A stretch of 32,735 nucleotides of DNA, from the sequence record NC_034625.1; one strand, written 5' to 3'. The position numbers and the translations under genes were made by a program. Below the pieces are notes generated by a model. That model did no database searches and was not told the origin of the DNA. It worked only from the letters and a program-made list of their open reading frames with translations. This document shows positions 1 to 8,750 of this stretch, piece after piece (position 1 is the stretch's first letter; each line of letters opens with the position of its first letter).

Positions 1-594
1 ATGATAGATTATTTCAAATTTAGGAAATTAGGAATTTACAATTTTTCTCATTTTTTGCACAATTTACGCAAAATGACAGATTAATTGGAATTTTGGAATT
101 TTGAATTTTTTGCACCGCTCCAATTATTATTTGGAGGTGTAGAATTAATTGGAATTTCCAATTTATTGCGAAAGTTGGGAAATTTGCGAAAAAAACGAAA
201 AAAACGAAAGAAATTGGAATTTTCAATTTTTTGCATTAGTTGTGAAATTTTCGCAGAAAATGAAAAAAACTACAAATACCTAGTTAATATTCTGCAATTG
301 CAAAGGCTTAATTAGGGAACTGTAGTTTTTTTCATTTTCTGCGAAAATTTCACAACTAATGCAAAAAATTGAAAATTCCAATTTCTTTCGTTTTTTTCGT
401 TTTTTTCGCAAATTTCCCAACTTTCGCAATAAATTGGAAATTCCAATTAATTCTACACCTCCAAATAATAATTGGAGCGGTGCAAAAAATTCAAAATTCC
501 AAAATTCCAATTAATCTGTCATTTTGCGTAAATTGTGCAAAAAATGAGAAAAATTGTAAATTCCTAATTTCCTAAATTTGAAATAATCTATCAT
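1..594. repeat. Terminal palindrome: read-through of the covalently closed hairpin end (or a head-to-head junction), axis 297/298
   Basis: 1-274 is the reverse complement of 321-594 (mirrored ORFs have coordinates summing to 595). The core 275-320 is only partly self-complementary, with apex TGCAATTGCA at 293-302. Confidence 0.9.
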
Positions 595-707
595 TTTCTG
601 CAAAAAAGTTAAAAAATTGGAAATTCCTAAATTCCAAATAATTCTACATTTCCAAATAATTTTCCAACTATGATAAAAAATACTAATTTTCTAAATTCCT
701 AAATTAC
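557..707. repeat. Clustered AAATTCC / AATTTAGGAATT-type terminal repeats
   Basis: TAAATTCCTAATTTCCTAAATTT (~557-579), AAATTCCTAAATTCC (621-635) and CTAAATTCCTAAATT (691-705). These resemble the conserved near-terminal motif of SIRV genomes. Confidence 0.7.
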
Positions 708-838
708 AATTAATCTGTCATTTAGTGAAATTTGTAATATAAAATTTGCAAATTCAAACTTTGGAAATTTGTAATAAATGTTAATTTGTGGATATTAATA
801 ACTACTAACTATAATATTATAATTTATAATTTGTAGGG

Positions 839-953
839 AACCAAACCCACAATTTAAAACTTTTAGTTACTAAACATATTCATAATTTATTTAAATTATT
901 AATTCTAGCAAACCAAAACCTCAATTTAAAATTGCTAAGTTACTAAACATATT
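839..953 (+). repeat. Imperfect ~42-bp direct repeat pair in the ITR
   Basis: AACCAAACCCACAATTTAAAACTTTTAGTTACTAAACATATT (839-880) versus AACCAAAACCTCAATTTAAAATTGCTAAGTTACTAAACATATT (911-953). Confidence 0.8.
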
Positions 954-1571
954 GTTAATTTGTTATATTTATTCATTTCGTTATTTGTTGTTAGTTTTTT
1001 GCGTTTAGTGTTGGAGAAATTGGAAGTTTAGAAAGAAAAGTTTATATACCAGAAGAAAGCATTTAATAATGTTAGTGGGCATTATCTTTCTTCTTATTAT
1101 TATTTTTTTATATATATTATTATTAACATTTAAATTAGATAATTATATAACTACATAGTTAGTATATTATATAATTAGCTAACTACTAATTAGTAGTTTA
1201 TAATTTAATAATTATAGTTTTATAGTTCAAGTGAAAAATATAGTTTCTTTTTTTCTTTCAATTCAATAGAAGATTCTGTATACAGTTTGGATTTATATCA
1301 GTATTTTATGGAGGAAATTGTAAGGAGATTTAATAATTTTGAGAATATATGAACTATCTAGTTATACAATATAATAATTATATAGTTATGTAGTTAGTAG
1401 TTTATAATTAATAAATTATGATCAAACCCAAAATAGGTTTTTTTACGCGATTTCACCGTTAGGAAACAATTTATCTCTGCAGTTATGAGAGAAATTGGAG
1501 AGACAGAATTTACACGTTCTCTATAGAGAGAGATGATGGAGAAGAAACGAAAAATAGAGATCTAAAAAAGG

Positions 1572-1602
1572 AGAGAAAAATTTAAATATGAGTTTAGACA
1601 TA
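1572..1602 (+). promoter_or_regulatory. Class-1 (early) promoter
   Basis: Purine-rich BRE AGAGAAAAA, TATA TTTAAATA (1581-1588), then TGAGTTTAGACATA. The same layout occurs at six other loci. Confidence 0.85.
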
Positions 1603-1623
1603 TGTAAAATCAGTGAAAGAAAA

Positions 1624-1914
1624 ATGAACATGGATGAAAAGATAAATCAAATTTTGCAAAAGGCAAAAGAAGAAGGAGAAGCTTTTTTAGTTTCACTTAC
1701 TCCAGAACAATTGAGACAAAGTGGATTTGAAGAAAGTGAGGACTTTTTTAACTTTGAATTTGTGAAAATATATGTTCTATATGATGATCAATTCAAACTA
1801 AAATATGTTTTTAACAATGACCCAAGTAATTTTCTATACGAATCAAAAGAGGACTTAGGAGGATTAAAGGAGTTTATAGAAGTTGTTAAAAAATATCTAG
1901 AAGTTTCAGAATAA
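1624..1914 (+). CDS. Acidic 96-aa hypothetical protein; candidate anti-defence gene
   Basis: Start moved from 1588 to ATG 1624 because 1588 lies inside the promoter. SD-like AGTGA upstream and a T-rich terminator after the stop. Confidence 0.8.
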   Translation: MNMDEKINQILQKAKEEGEAFLVSLTPEQLRQSGFEESEDFFNFEFVKIYVLYDDQFKLKYVFNNDPSNFLYESKEDLGGLKEFIEVVKKYLEVSE

Positions 1915-2104
1915 TTTTTTTCTTTTTTTGTTTCAATTTTCCCAGTTATCGTTTTTTTCTCCAAATTTCTATTTTTTCATGACTATTTTCCAAAATTGTT
2001 AACATTATGAAGAATTTTTTTCAAAGTTAGGATAAAAATTCATGACTAACATTTATTGAGAGAAACATAAATATGTCATAAATATAAAAGAAAATCGATA
2101 TATT

Positions 2105-2629
2105 ATGAATATAGTTTTAAGAGAATTTGATAAAGAAAAATTTAATATAAATATCACTGCATGGTTAGATATTGATAATGATATTCAAAGTTGTTATACA
2201 AATTTTAAAGAAATTACGATAGTTACAATAATTCAAATGATTTCTGAAATTGTAGAAAAAGATGGCTGGGATTTACAATATTTTGAGAAAGATGAAGAAG
2301 AAAAATTATTTAATGCATTTATGAAAAATTCTAAAATTACAGTAAGATTAAATAAAAAGATAGATGAATTAAATTATGTTTTTGAAGAAACTATTGTTGA
2401 ATTTGATTTTCCAGAAATTGAGAAAAAGAGAATTGCGGAAATATATTTGAGTAATATACTTAATAATCTTTATTATTTTGATGAATGTATTATTTATAAT
2501 TTAGATGAAGGAGATATTAATTTAATACCAGAAGTTTTAAGTGATGAAGTTTATCAATTATTAAGTCCTGATGAAATAAAGGGAAAATTTAAGGAAAAGA
2601 TAGAGAAAATTAATACTGAAAAAGTATAG
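2105..2629 (+). CDS. Acidic 174-aa hypothetical protein
   Basis: ORF track; preceded by a class-2 promoter ATAAATATGTCAT (2067-2079). Confidence 0.8.
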   Translation: MNIVLREFDKEKFNINITAWLDIDNDIQSCYTNFKEITIVTIIQMISEIVEKDGWDLQYFEKDEEEKLFNAFMKNSKITVRLNKKIDELNYVFEETIVEFDFPEIEKKRIAEIYLSNILNNLYYFDECIIYNLDEGDINLIPEVLSDEVYQLLSPDEIKGKFKEKIEKINTEKV

Positions 2630-2644
2630 ATGAGATGTGAAAAT

Positions 2645-2806
2645 ATGAATTTAAATACATCAATAGATCCAATATGGCTTTTAGTTATTGCTGGAATTTT
2701 TTATGAATTATTATTTATCTTTTTCTTATTAGAATTAAGACAGATAATGAAACGAATTGAAGAAGAAGAATTAGTCAGAATGTTAAAAAAGAAATATGGG
2801 GACTAA
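2645..2806 (+). CDS. 53-aa single-TM membrane protein (not in ORF track)
   Basis: Manual translation MNLNTSIDPIWLLVIAGIFYELLFIFFLLELRQIMKRIEEEELVRMLKKKYGD. It fills the gap after the 174-aa gene; an in-frame alternative ATG lies at 2630. Confidence 0.6.
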   Translation: MNLNTSIDPIWLLVIAGIFYELLFIFFLLELRQIMKRIEEEELVRMLKKKYGD

Positions 2807-2905
2807 ATGCATTTTTATGCAAAATGTGATGTGGGCTACAAAGATAAAAGTTTAGAGAAAACTTTAAATATAAGTTTTTACATAGATTATATTGGTGAAA
2901 AAAGA

Positions 2906-3073
2906 ATGAAAGAAGTAAAAGTTGGTTCAACTACATATTACATACAAGATGAAGACGATTTAATAAGCGTAATTCATCAGTTGGCCCGTGAGGGCTATAG
3001 TATAAGTCAAATAGCTCAAGTGTTAGGAATAAGTGAACGACAAGTAAGAAAGTATTTGGAAGATTGTTGGTAA
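2906..3073 (+). CDS. 55-aa HTH protein, SIRV1 ORF56a / SIRV2 ORF83 (Aca8-like) family
   Basis: HTH motif GYSISQIAQVLGISERQVRKYL. Start moved to ATG 2906, downstream of a class-1 promoter (TATA 2863-2870) and SD GGTGA. Confidence 0.8.
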   Translation: MKEVKVGSTTYYIQDEDDLISVIHQLAREGYSISQIAQVLGISERQVRKYLEDCW

Positions 3074-3290
3074 GTTAATTCTTTTTTTAATTTCCAATTT
3101 TTTCTTTTTCTTTTTCGTTTTTTTCATTAATTTATTTTTCTCTTATTTTTATCTAATTTTATCGATAATTTTTTTCACTTTTGACATATTATTTCTAAGT
3201 TTGAGAAATTTAGATAGCGTAAAATGAAAACGTAAAAGTTTGAAGAAAACTTTATATATAAGTTTTTACATAATAGATATTAGTGATAAA

Positions 3291-3539
3291 ATGAGTCAAG
3301 TAGAAAAGCAAAAAGTTAAATTAGGAAGAAAAGAAAAAGCGGTTTTAGATTTTTTGAAATCGTATCCTCAAGGAATATGGAAAGATGAGGTTATTAGACA
3401 TTTTTCATGGGCATCAAGATATGACTCTGTAATGAGTAAACGTTTGCACAATCTGCAGAAAAAAGGATTAATAGTGATAAAAGCAGAAGTTAATCCTTCC
3501 TCTGGAAGGTCAAAACAAAGAGTATATTTAAAACAATAA
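3291..3539 (+). CDS. 82-aa winged-helix DNA-binding protein
   Basis: wHTH pattern with wing (KRLHNLQKKGLIVIKAEVNPSSGRSKQRVYL). Start moved to 3291, after class-1 promoter TATA 3251-3258. Confidence 0.75.
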   Translation: MSQVEKQKVKLGRKEKAVLDFLKSYPQGIWKDEVIRHFSWASRYDSVMSKRLHNLQKKGLIVIKAEVNPSSGRSKQRVYLKQ

Positions 3540-3572
3540 TTTTTTTCTTTAAGCTTTTTCTTTTTTTTAGTT

Positions 3573-3764
3573 TTATTTTAATTCTCTAATTAAATCTTCT
3601 ATCTCATCTATTATATCTTCTATTTCTTCAATTTTTTGTTTTTCAAAATTATGTTCTTCATAGTTTTCAATAAGTTTCATACTTTCTTCTAGTTTTTCTT
3701 TTGCATTTTGCAATTCTTTTATTGCATCTTCAAGATCTGATATTATTTCATCATAATCTATCAT
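3573..3764 (-). CDS. 63-aa acidic coiled-coil protein
   Basis: Heptad pattern; in tandem with the 87-aa gene. Confidence 0.7.
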   Translation of the reverse strand: MIDYDEIISDLEDAIKELQNAKEKLEESMKLIENYEEHNFEKQKIEEIEDIIDEIEDLIRELK

Positions 3765-3770
3765 TTCTTA

Positions 3771-4034
3771 TCACTCTTTTATAATTTTTGAAACTTTTCC
3801 AATTGTTACATTTATTGTATTGCCAAAAGTTGAAAACCAAATTTCAAAATTTAATAGTTTATTATCAATTTCTAAATAACCAGCAATTTTATTTTTATTT
3901 TTTGTATAAAATATTATTCTTGGTTTTTCGTTAAAAATAAAAGCTTTATTTAGTAAATTTAAAATATCTTTTTCATTCATATTTTCAACTTTGTTTTTTA
4001 TTTTTTCCATTTGTTCTAAAAATTTTTCACTCAT
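3771..4034 (-). CDS. 87-aa hypothetical protein (rudiviral)
   Basis: ORF track; class-2 promoter at 4060-4072 and SD GTGA. Confidence 0.75.
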   Translation of the reverse strand: MSEKFLEQMEKIKNKVENMNEKDILNLLNKAFIFNEKPRIIFYTKNKNKIAGYLEIDNKLLNFEIWFSTFGNTINVTIGKVSKIIKE

Positions 4035-4086
4035 GTTTTCACAATTAATGTTATATTATATGACATATAAAAAGATTTTTATTTTT

Positions 4087-4704
4087 TCAGAATAAAGAGC
4101 CAAAACATTTTGCTTTAAATTCACAATTTTTACATAAATAATTATTTGCTCCTGGTATAGTTTTATAATCTTGTGATTTCATAAATTCTTTAAATTTCTT
4201 AATCCAGTCAATTGTCTTTTTCATATATTCATCTAATACTTTTTTGTCTATTTGAAATTGTCTAACTTCTTTATTTATTCTATTTAAATATATAATGTAT
4301 ACGTTATCAATTTTATAGTTTTGTTGTTGTAGTAAATAATAGTAAATTGAGACTTGGTAAAGATGATATTCCTTTATATTGAAATAGTTACTTGTGATAG
4401 TTTTAAGTTCTATAAGATCATTATTACAAATTAAGTCAATTCTTCCAGAAATTTTTATATTTTCAATTTCTCCTTTTATTTCAATTTCTGCTTTACAATT
4501 TAGTTTTTCTTGAAAATAATGTTCTACTTTTTCATGATATTGTTCTCCTAGGTCTAAAGTAATTTCATTTACGGCTTTCTCAAATTCAAATTTTCTACTA
4601 AAATAGCTTTTTCTAAAACAAATTCCAATTTCTGATGGAAATATTGTATCTTCTGGATATTTCATTTTAAAACTTTGTTTTACAAATTCTTCATAATTTG
4701 TCAT
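4087..4704 (-). CDS. cas4: Cas4/RecB-family Fe-S nuclease (SIRV2 gp19-like)
   Basis: PSEIGIC (Cys1), GRIDL...IELKT (PD-(D/E)xK), YQVSIY motif and C-terminal [10 protein letters not shown]. Confidence 0.95.
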   Translation of the reverse strand: MTNYEEFVKQSFKMKYPEDTIFPSEIGICFRKSYFSRKFEFEKAVNEITLDLGEQYHEKVEHYFQEKLNCKAEIEIKGEIENIKISGRIDLICNNDLIELKTITSNYFNIKEYHLYQVSIYYYLLQQQNYKIDNVYIIYLNRINKEVRQFQIDKKVLDEYMKKTIDWIKKFKEFMKSQDYKTIPGANNYLCKNCEFKAKCFGSLF

Positions 4705-4706
4705 TT

Positions 4707-6014
4707 TTAACCACCTAAATTACTAAATCTCATTAAGTTTATTATTCTGTTACAAATTTCTTCATTTTGTACTTTTCCAATTTGTAGATCTATATCTAGA
4801 GCTTGTAATAAAATTTGAATATCGATACTTTGCTCTTGTCTTCTAGATTCCAAATTATTGCAATTTACATAGTTATTAATACTATTTATTTTCTGTTGAA
4901 TTAATTCAATTAATGCTTTTAAAATTGATGGATATAATACTCTTGCATTTATAATTTTATCATAAGTTTTTTTAATTGCTAATTGAATAATATGAATTCT
5001 ATCTAAAATTGCTGAAGTAAATATTTGATAATTTTGTAAATAATCTTCTATATCTGGATTTACTAATTTATTAAGTGTATAAGAATATGGATTTCCAGCG
5101 TAAATAATTGGAATACATTTTTGAATAGTAGCAGATTTTGACTCTGTTCCAGCACCTCTTGTCCAAATACAATTTTCAATTCCAGTTGATAGAGTTGAAT
5201 TTATAGTATTTAGTTCTTTTGTTGAAAAACCATCTTTCCAATTTTGAATTTCATCAAATATCAATCCATTTGATAAAAATACAGCTCCATACATATTGTT
5301 TCGAGCATCGTAAACCAAATTGGCATATGTTGGAGCTTCAGTGTAATATCTAAAATTGAAAACTTCTTGTAAAATCATAAAAGTTGTAGTTTTTCCAGTT
5401 CCTCTGTTGGAGATTTCAATATAGTTAATTTGGCGTTTTGTTATTGGAGATTTGAAGAGCGGAAATAATCTCGGTAGGAAGAGGAAAATGTCATTTATTT
5501 CCATTTTTGAAGGATCATATCCAAAACTTTGAAGTAGTAAAGCATATGTTTGATATTCTTGATTTGCTAATTCAAATAATTCTTTTGCAATTTCATAATT
5601 GTTGGGTGGCTCAATTGAATAAATATCATAAATACGCCAACCTTCTATACCTTTTCTAATTTTGACAAACATGTAACTTGTAATTAAATTATAGAAATCT
5701 TCAGGATTATCAGCTATAAAATGTGGATCGAAATTTGTAGTAAAACCATTTTGAAATTTTGCTATTATTTCATCATCTTTAACTTTAAAATTAACAATTT
5801 TTGAAATAAACTTAACTTCATCATTAAATAATAAATAGCTTTGAAAATATTGTTGATCAATTCCGCGTTTATAAGCTTTTAAAATTTCAATTTTCTTTTG
5901 TTCTTCTATTTGTTTTCCAGAAAGAATTATATTAAGGACTCTTTCTGTATCTCTTGGATTATAAAAAAAAGAATGAGATTTTATTTTTTCAAGAAGTTGA
6001 TTTGAACTACTCAT
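4707..6014 (-). CDS. AAA+/P-loop ATPase (SIRV2 gp18-like)
   Basis: Walker A RGTGKTT and Walker B LIFDE; 435 aa; in an operon between the SSB and cas4 genes as in other rudiviruses. Confidence 0.9.
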   Translation of the reverse strand: MSSSNQLLEKIKSHSFFYNPRDTERVLNIILSGKQIEEQKKIEILKAYKRGIDQQYFQSYLLFNDEVKFISKIVNFKVKDDEIIAKFQNGFTTNFDPHFIADNPEDFYNLITSYMFVKIRKGIEGWRIYDIYSIEPPNNYEIAKELFELANQEYQTYALLLQSFGYDPSKMEINDIFLFLPRLFPLFKSPITKRQINYIEISNRGTGKTTTFMILQEVFNFRYYTEAPTYANLVYDARNNMYGAVFLSNGLIFDEIQNWKDGFSTKELNTINSTLSTGIENCIWTRGAGTESKSATIQKCIPIIYAGNPYSYTLNKLVNPDIEDYLQNYQIFTSAILDRIHIIQLAIKKTYDKIINARVLYPSILKALIELIQQKINSINNYVNCNNLESRRQEQSIDIQILLQALDIDLQIGKVQNEEICNRIINLMRFSNLGG

Positions 6015-6039
6015 GAAAAAAAATTTATCTTATGACGTT

Positions 6040-6441
6040 TTAAAATTCATCTTCTACGTTTTTCTTTTCTCTTTTTTTCTCTTTCTTTTGCTCTTTTTGA
6101 CTTTCTGTATCTTCTTCTAATTCTAATTCTTCCTCTTGAACTGTATTATTATTCCTTGGTGTGAATTTTACATATTCGTTTAATAAGTCAGCATATTTAT
6201 TTAAGAATTCTGCAATTAATCTTAAATCTTCACTGTCATTTGCAGTTATTCCTAACTGCTTTCTGAAATTGTTTTGACTATGTATAGTCATAGAATATCT
6301 TACTTTACTATCTTGCGGAATTGCATTTAATTGAACTACCAATCTTTTTAATCCCTTAATTTTTAAAATTCTACTGGCTATTTTATTGTTTTGTTTTGCT
6401 TGACTTCCTAATTGATCTATTATTTCTTTAAGGGACGCCAT
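6040..6441 (-). CDS. ssDNA-binding protein (SIRV2 gp17-like)
   Basis: 133 aa with a low-complexity acidic/basic C-tail; first gene of the conserved SSB-ATPase-Cas4 operon; class-2 promoter at 6470-6484. Confidence 0.8.
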   Translation of the reverse strand: MASLKEIIDQLGSQAKQNNKIASRILKIKGLKRLVVQLNAIPQDSKVRYSMTIHSQNNFRKQLGITANDSEDLRLIAEFLNKYADLLNEYVKFTPRNNNTVQEEELELEEDTESQKEQKKEKKREKKNVEDEF

Positions 6442-6541
6442 ACATACTCCCTAGTTTTATCTTTTTAATATGACATATTTATATATTTATAAAAGTACAA
6501 GCCATGATATTTAGAAGTTAAAAAAGAAGAGAAAAAAATAT

Positions 6542-6814
6542 TTAAATTACCTTGAAGAATATAGATCTTATTAATTTAGATATTTTCATGTTGTATTTAT
6601 TTGCTAATTCTACAAGTTTGTTGTAATATAATTCATCGACAGTAAAAAAAACACGCTCATCATAAATTTCACTGATTTCAATTTCTTTGAATTCTTTTTG
6701 AGAATTTAGAATTCTGTCAATTTCTTGTTTTATTGTCTCTCTTTTCTCATAAAAAAGATTTTTATACTTTGATGGTATACGTAATTCGATATACTTATTT
6801 CTTTGCTTTTTCAT
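6542..6814 (-). CDS. RHH-type DNA-binding protein, possibly two RHH units
   Basis: C-terminal ERVFFTVDELYYNKLVELANKYNMKISKLIRSIF fits the strand-helix-helix pattern; the N-terminal KYIELRIP segment looks similar. Confidence 0.6.
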   Translation of the reverse strand: MKKQRNKYIELRIPSKYKNLFYEKRETIKQEIDRILNSQKEFKEIEISEIYDERVFFTVDELYYNKLVELANKYNMKISKLIRSIFFKVI

Positions 6815-6885
6815 AATTTTAGATATTTTCGGGCATTATATAAACATGACATATACATTTAAATGTCAGGTTTTCATTTACATGT

Positions 6886-7230
6886 GTGAACTGTGAAAAA
6901 GTTTTTAGTTATCATTTTCTTTATGTTTACACGTATTTTATTACTATTGCTACAAATTATCGTTATAATGATACATCTAAAATCTATAAAAAATTCAGAC
7001 AATATATTTATAATCATGATAAAAATTCTCATATTTATAGTGTGAAAGAATATACAACAAAATTTCATGGTTTACATTATCATGTTTTAGTTTTCACGAA
7101 TAAACGACTTGATTATTCCAGAATTCATAAGAAAATGCCTTCTCATAGTGATATAAATATTCAATTAGTTCCAAAAACAAAAAAAGATATAAAAAAAGTT
7201 TTAACTTATATGACTAAATCTAAAAAATAA
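6886..7230 (+). CDS. rep: HUH-superfamily replication initiator (rudiviral Rep)
   Basis: Motif 1 YFITI, motif 2 GLHYHVLVF, motif 3 YMTK; GTG start 28 nt after TATA TTTAAA (6858). Confidence 0.92.
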   Translation: MNCEKVFSYHFLYVYTYFITIATNYRYNDTSKIYKKFRQYIYNHDKNSHIYSVKEYTTKFHGLHYHVLVFTNKRLDYSRIHKKMPSHSDINIQLVPKTKKDIKKVLTYMTKSKK

Positions 7231-7231
7231 A

Positions 7232-7519
7232 TTATTTAGTTTGTGACTGTTGTTGAGAACTTTGCTTTTTCTGTGCTAAAGAATTTACATCTGAAAGAGT
7301 ATCCATATTCAATAATGCATTAACGCCAAGAGTAGTGGTATCTTTAATACTTTCTATTGCACTAATTGTAGATTTTGTCATCTGATCTACTGCAATTTGG
7401 AATGATTGATTTGCTTGCTTTTGGTTGTAGAGATATACTATTTCTCCAACTACATATGAGCCTATTAGTACACCCATTAAGACAAGAAACCCTTCAATTG
7501 CATATTGTATTGTTGACAT
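7232..7519 (-). CDS. pvap: Virus-associated pyramid protein (PVAP, SIRV2 P98-like egress protein)
   Basis: N-terminal TM helix plus DQMTKSTISAIESIKDTTTLGVNALLNMDTLSDVNSLA, closely matching the P98 sequence as I recall it. Confidence 0.92.
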   Translation of the reverse strand: MSTIQYAIEGFLVLMGVLIGSYVVGEIVYLYNQKQANQSFQIAVDQMTKSTISAIESIKDTTTLGVNALLNMDTLSDVNSLAQKKQSSQQQSQTK

Positions 7520-7620
7520 TTCAATTTTATTATATGCAAATTACTTAGTAATAAAGTTTATGCAAAAAATCGAAATATATAAATATGTCATAATGTTCAT
7601 TTATAAAATGAGGAAAAATG

Positions 7621-7779
7621 ATGGAGAAAGGGAAACCTGAAAGAGTTGTATTTGGAATTAATATAGATAAAGAATTGAAAACTAAATTAAAAGTTTATTG
7701 TGCTGAACATAACATTACATTAACTGAAGCCATAGAAACTGCAATTTCGGAATATTTACAAAAGAGGCAACAAAAATGA
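7621..7779 (+). CDS. svtR: SvtR-like RHH transcription repressor, 52 aa (not in ORF track)
   Basis: Manual translation MEKGKPERVVFGINIDKELKTKLKVYCAEHNITLTEAIETAISEYLQKRQQK, matching SIRV1 ORF56b/SvtR. Alternative ATG at 7618; class-2 promoter at 7578-7591. Confidence 0.88.
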   Translation: MEKGKPERVVFGINIDKELKTKLKVYCAEHNITLTEAIETAISEYLQKRQQK

Positions 7780-7922
7780 GAGTCATAACAGTAAAAATTG
7801 ATGAAGATTTTCTAAAAGAAGTTGACAAATATGCCATGAATCATAAGTTAAACAGATCTGAAGTTGTCAGATTAGCAATTAGAGAATTTTTAAGTAATCA
7901 TGCTAATTACGAAAGTCGATAA
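7776..7922 (+). CDS. Second RHH (CopG/NikR-like) protein, 48 aa (not in ORF track)
   Basis: Manual translation MRVITVKIDEDFLKEVDKYAMNHKLNRSEVVRLAIREFLSNHANYESR; ATGA overlap with svtR. Confidence 0.85.
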   Translation: MRVITVKIDEDFLKEVDKYAMNHKLNRSEVVRLAIREFLSNHANYESR

Positions 7923-7989
7923 AAATAAAAGAGAAAATTAAGCAAAAAATATTTTTTTATTTTCCATTTTCTGACAAATATATTTCTGG

Positions 7990-8232
7990 TCATTTTCTTC
8001 TTTTTAATCTTTCAATTTCAGCTTTAAGTTCATCAATTTCATCATAAATATCTACAAAGATATCATAAATTGCTACATATATAATTGCAAAAATTCCAGA
8101 TGCAAAAAATGTTGATATTATAACTATTGGCATATTTTTTACAAGAATTCCTAATGACATGACTATTAAAGCTAAAGACATTAAAGCTAAAAAAATTAAG
8201 AAAACTATTATTTCACGAAATTCTCTTTCCAT
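7990..8232 (-). CDS. 80-aa membrane protein (2 TM plus C-terminal coiled coil)
   Basis: Two hydrophobic stretches followed by DEIDELKAEIERLKRRK. Confidence 0.7.
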   Translation of the reverse strand: MEREFREIIVFLIFLALMSLALIVMSLGILVKNMPIVIISTFFASGIFAIIYVAIYDIFVDIYDEIDELKAEIERLKRRK

Positions 8233-8244
8233 TTTTTCTCATTT

Positions 8245-8586
8245 TCATTTTTCGTTATCTGACGTATATATACTTTTATTAATCTGACCACATAATATTG
8301 TTAAATCAAAGAAAGGTTTGTTATATCTGTAATTTACTCTTATATATGGCGAATATCTAAAAGTCCTTTTAATGTAACTTATAATTCCATTCGCTCTTTT
8401 TATATATAAATTATGTGCCATAATCAGTCTTATTTTTAAAGTTAGCAAAGTGTCGTTATCCATGACGTGATAATAATAAATATTAGTTGGATAAAATGCG
8501 TTCAGCCAATTCAACACTTGATCGGTAAACTTTCTACATTCAATTATGATTATATCTTCCATGATTTTCATATTCATAACTGACAA
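8245..8586 (-). CDS. Hypothetical protein (~110 aa), divergent from the capsid gene
   Basis: ORF track (TTG start; ATG 8577 is an alternative). Confidence 0.65.
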   Translation of the reverse strand: MSVMNMKIMEDIIIIECRKFTDQVLNWLNAFYPTNIYYYHVMDNDTLLTLKIRLIMAHNLYIKRANGIISYIKRTFRYSPYIRVNYRYNKPFFDLTILCGQINKSIYTSDNEK

Positions 8587-8681
8587 TTAAATACTTTATT
8601 TTCAGTTAACATATAGTCTAATTAATAGTTATGAATTTCCCTAGTTATTACTGATATTTAATCCACAATTTCATCAACTTA

Positions 8682-8720
8682 TATACATTATATAGTATAT
8701 ACGGCGTGAAAATTTATATT
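8682..8720 (+). promoter_or_regulatory. Capsid gene promoter with class-3 palindrome variant
   Basis: TATACAT-TATAT-AGTATA (8682-8699), then TATA TTTATA at 8713, ATG at 8751. Confidence 0.65.
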
Positions 8721-8750
8721 GTAGCAATTTTAAATATAAATTGACCAAAA

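Larger units (their letters stand above)
298..1584. repeat. Left inverted terminal repeat (~1.29 kb, non-coding)
   Basis: 1141-1584 is the reverse complement of 32292-32735 and identity breaks at 1585/32291. Extension to the hairpin axis is inferred from rudivirus genome structure. Confidence 0.85.

Noticed and set aside
20-575. Four ORFs (20-226, 85-315, 280-510, 369-575) in the terminal palindrome
   Set aside because: They are mirror-image pairs produced by the palindrome, low-complexity, and lack promoters; half of the region is a read-through copy of the end.
500-1420. ITR repeats as a CRISPR or mini-CRISPR array
   Set aside because: No constant repeat with regularly sized unique spacers; the repeats are degenerate and irregularly spaced.
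1624-1914. 96-aa acidic protein as AcrID1
   Set aside because: Size, charge and position fit, but I see no sequence resemblance to AcrID1; kept only as a generic candidate.
1588-3290. Long N-terminal starts at 1588, 2807 and 3240 in the ORF track (likewise 9500, 13662, 30560, 31054, 31764)
   Set aside because: They lie inside or upstream of clear promoter/SD elements; downstream ATGs fit the conserved spacing.
6882-6896. Out-of-frame ATG mini-ORF (MCEL-stop) at the rep start as a regulatory uORF or frameshift
   Set aside because: The GTG-started Rep frame contains all motifs, and the ATG may lie upstream of the TSS; there is no further evidence.
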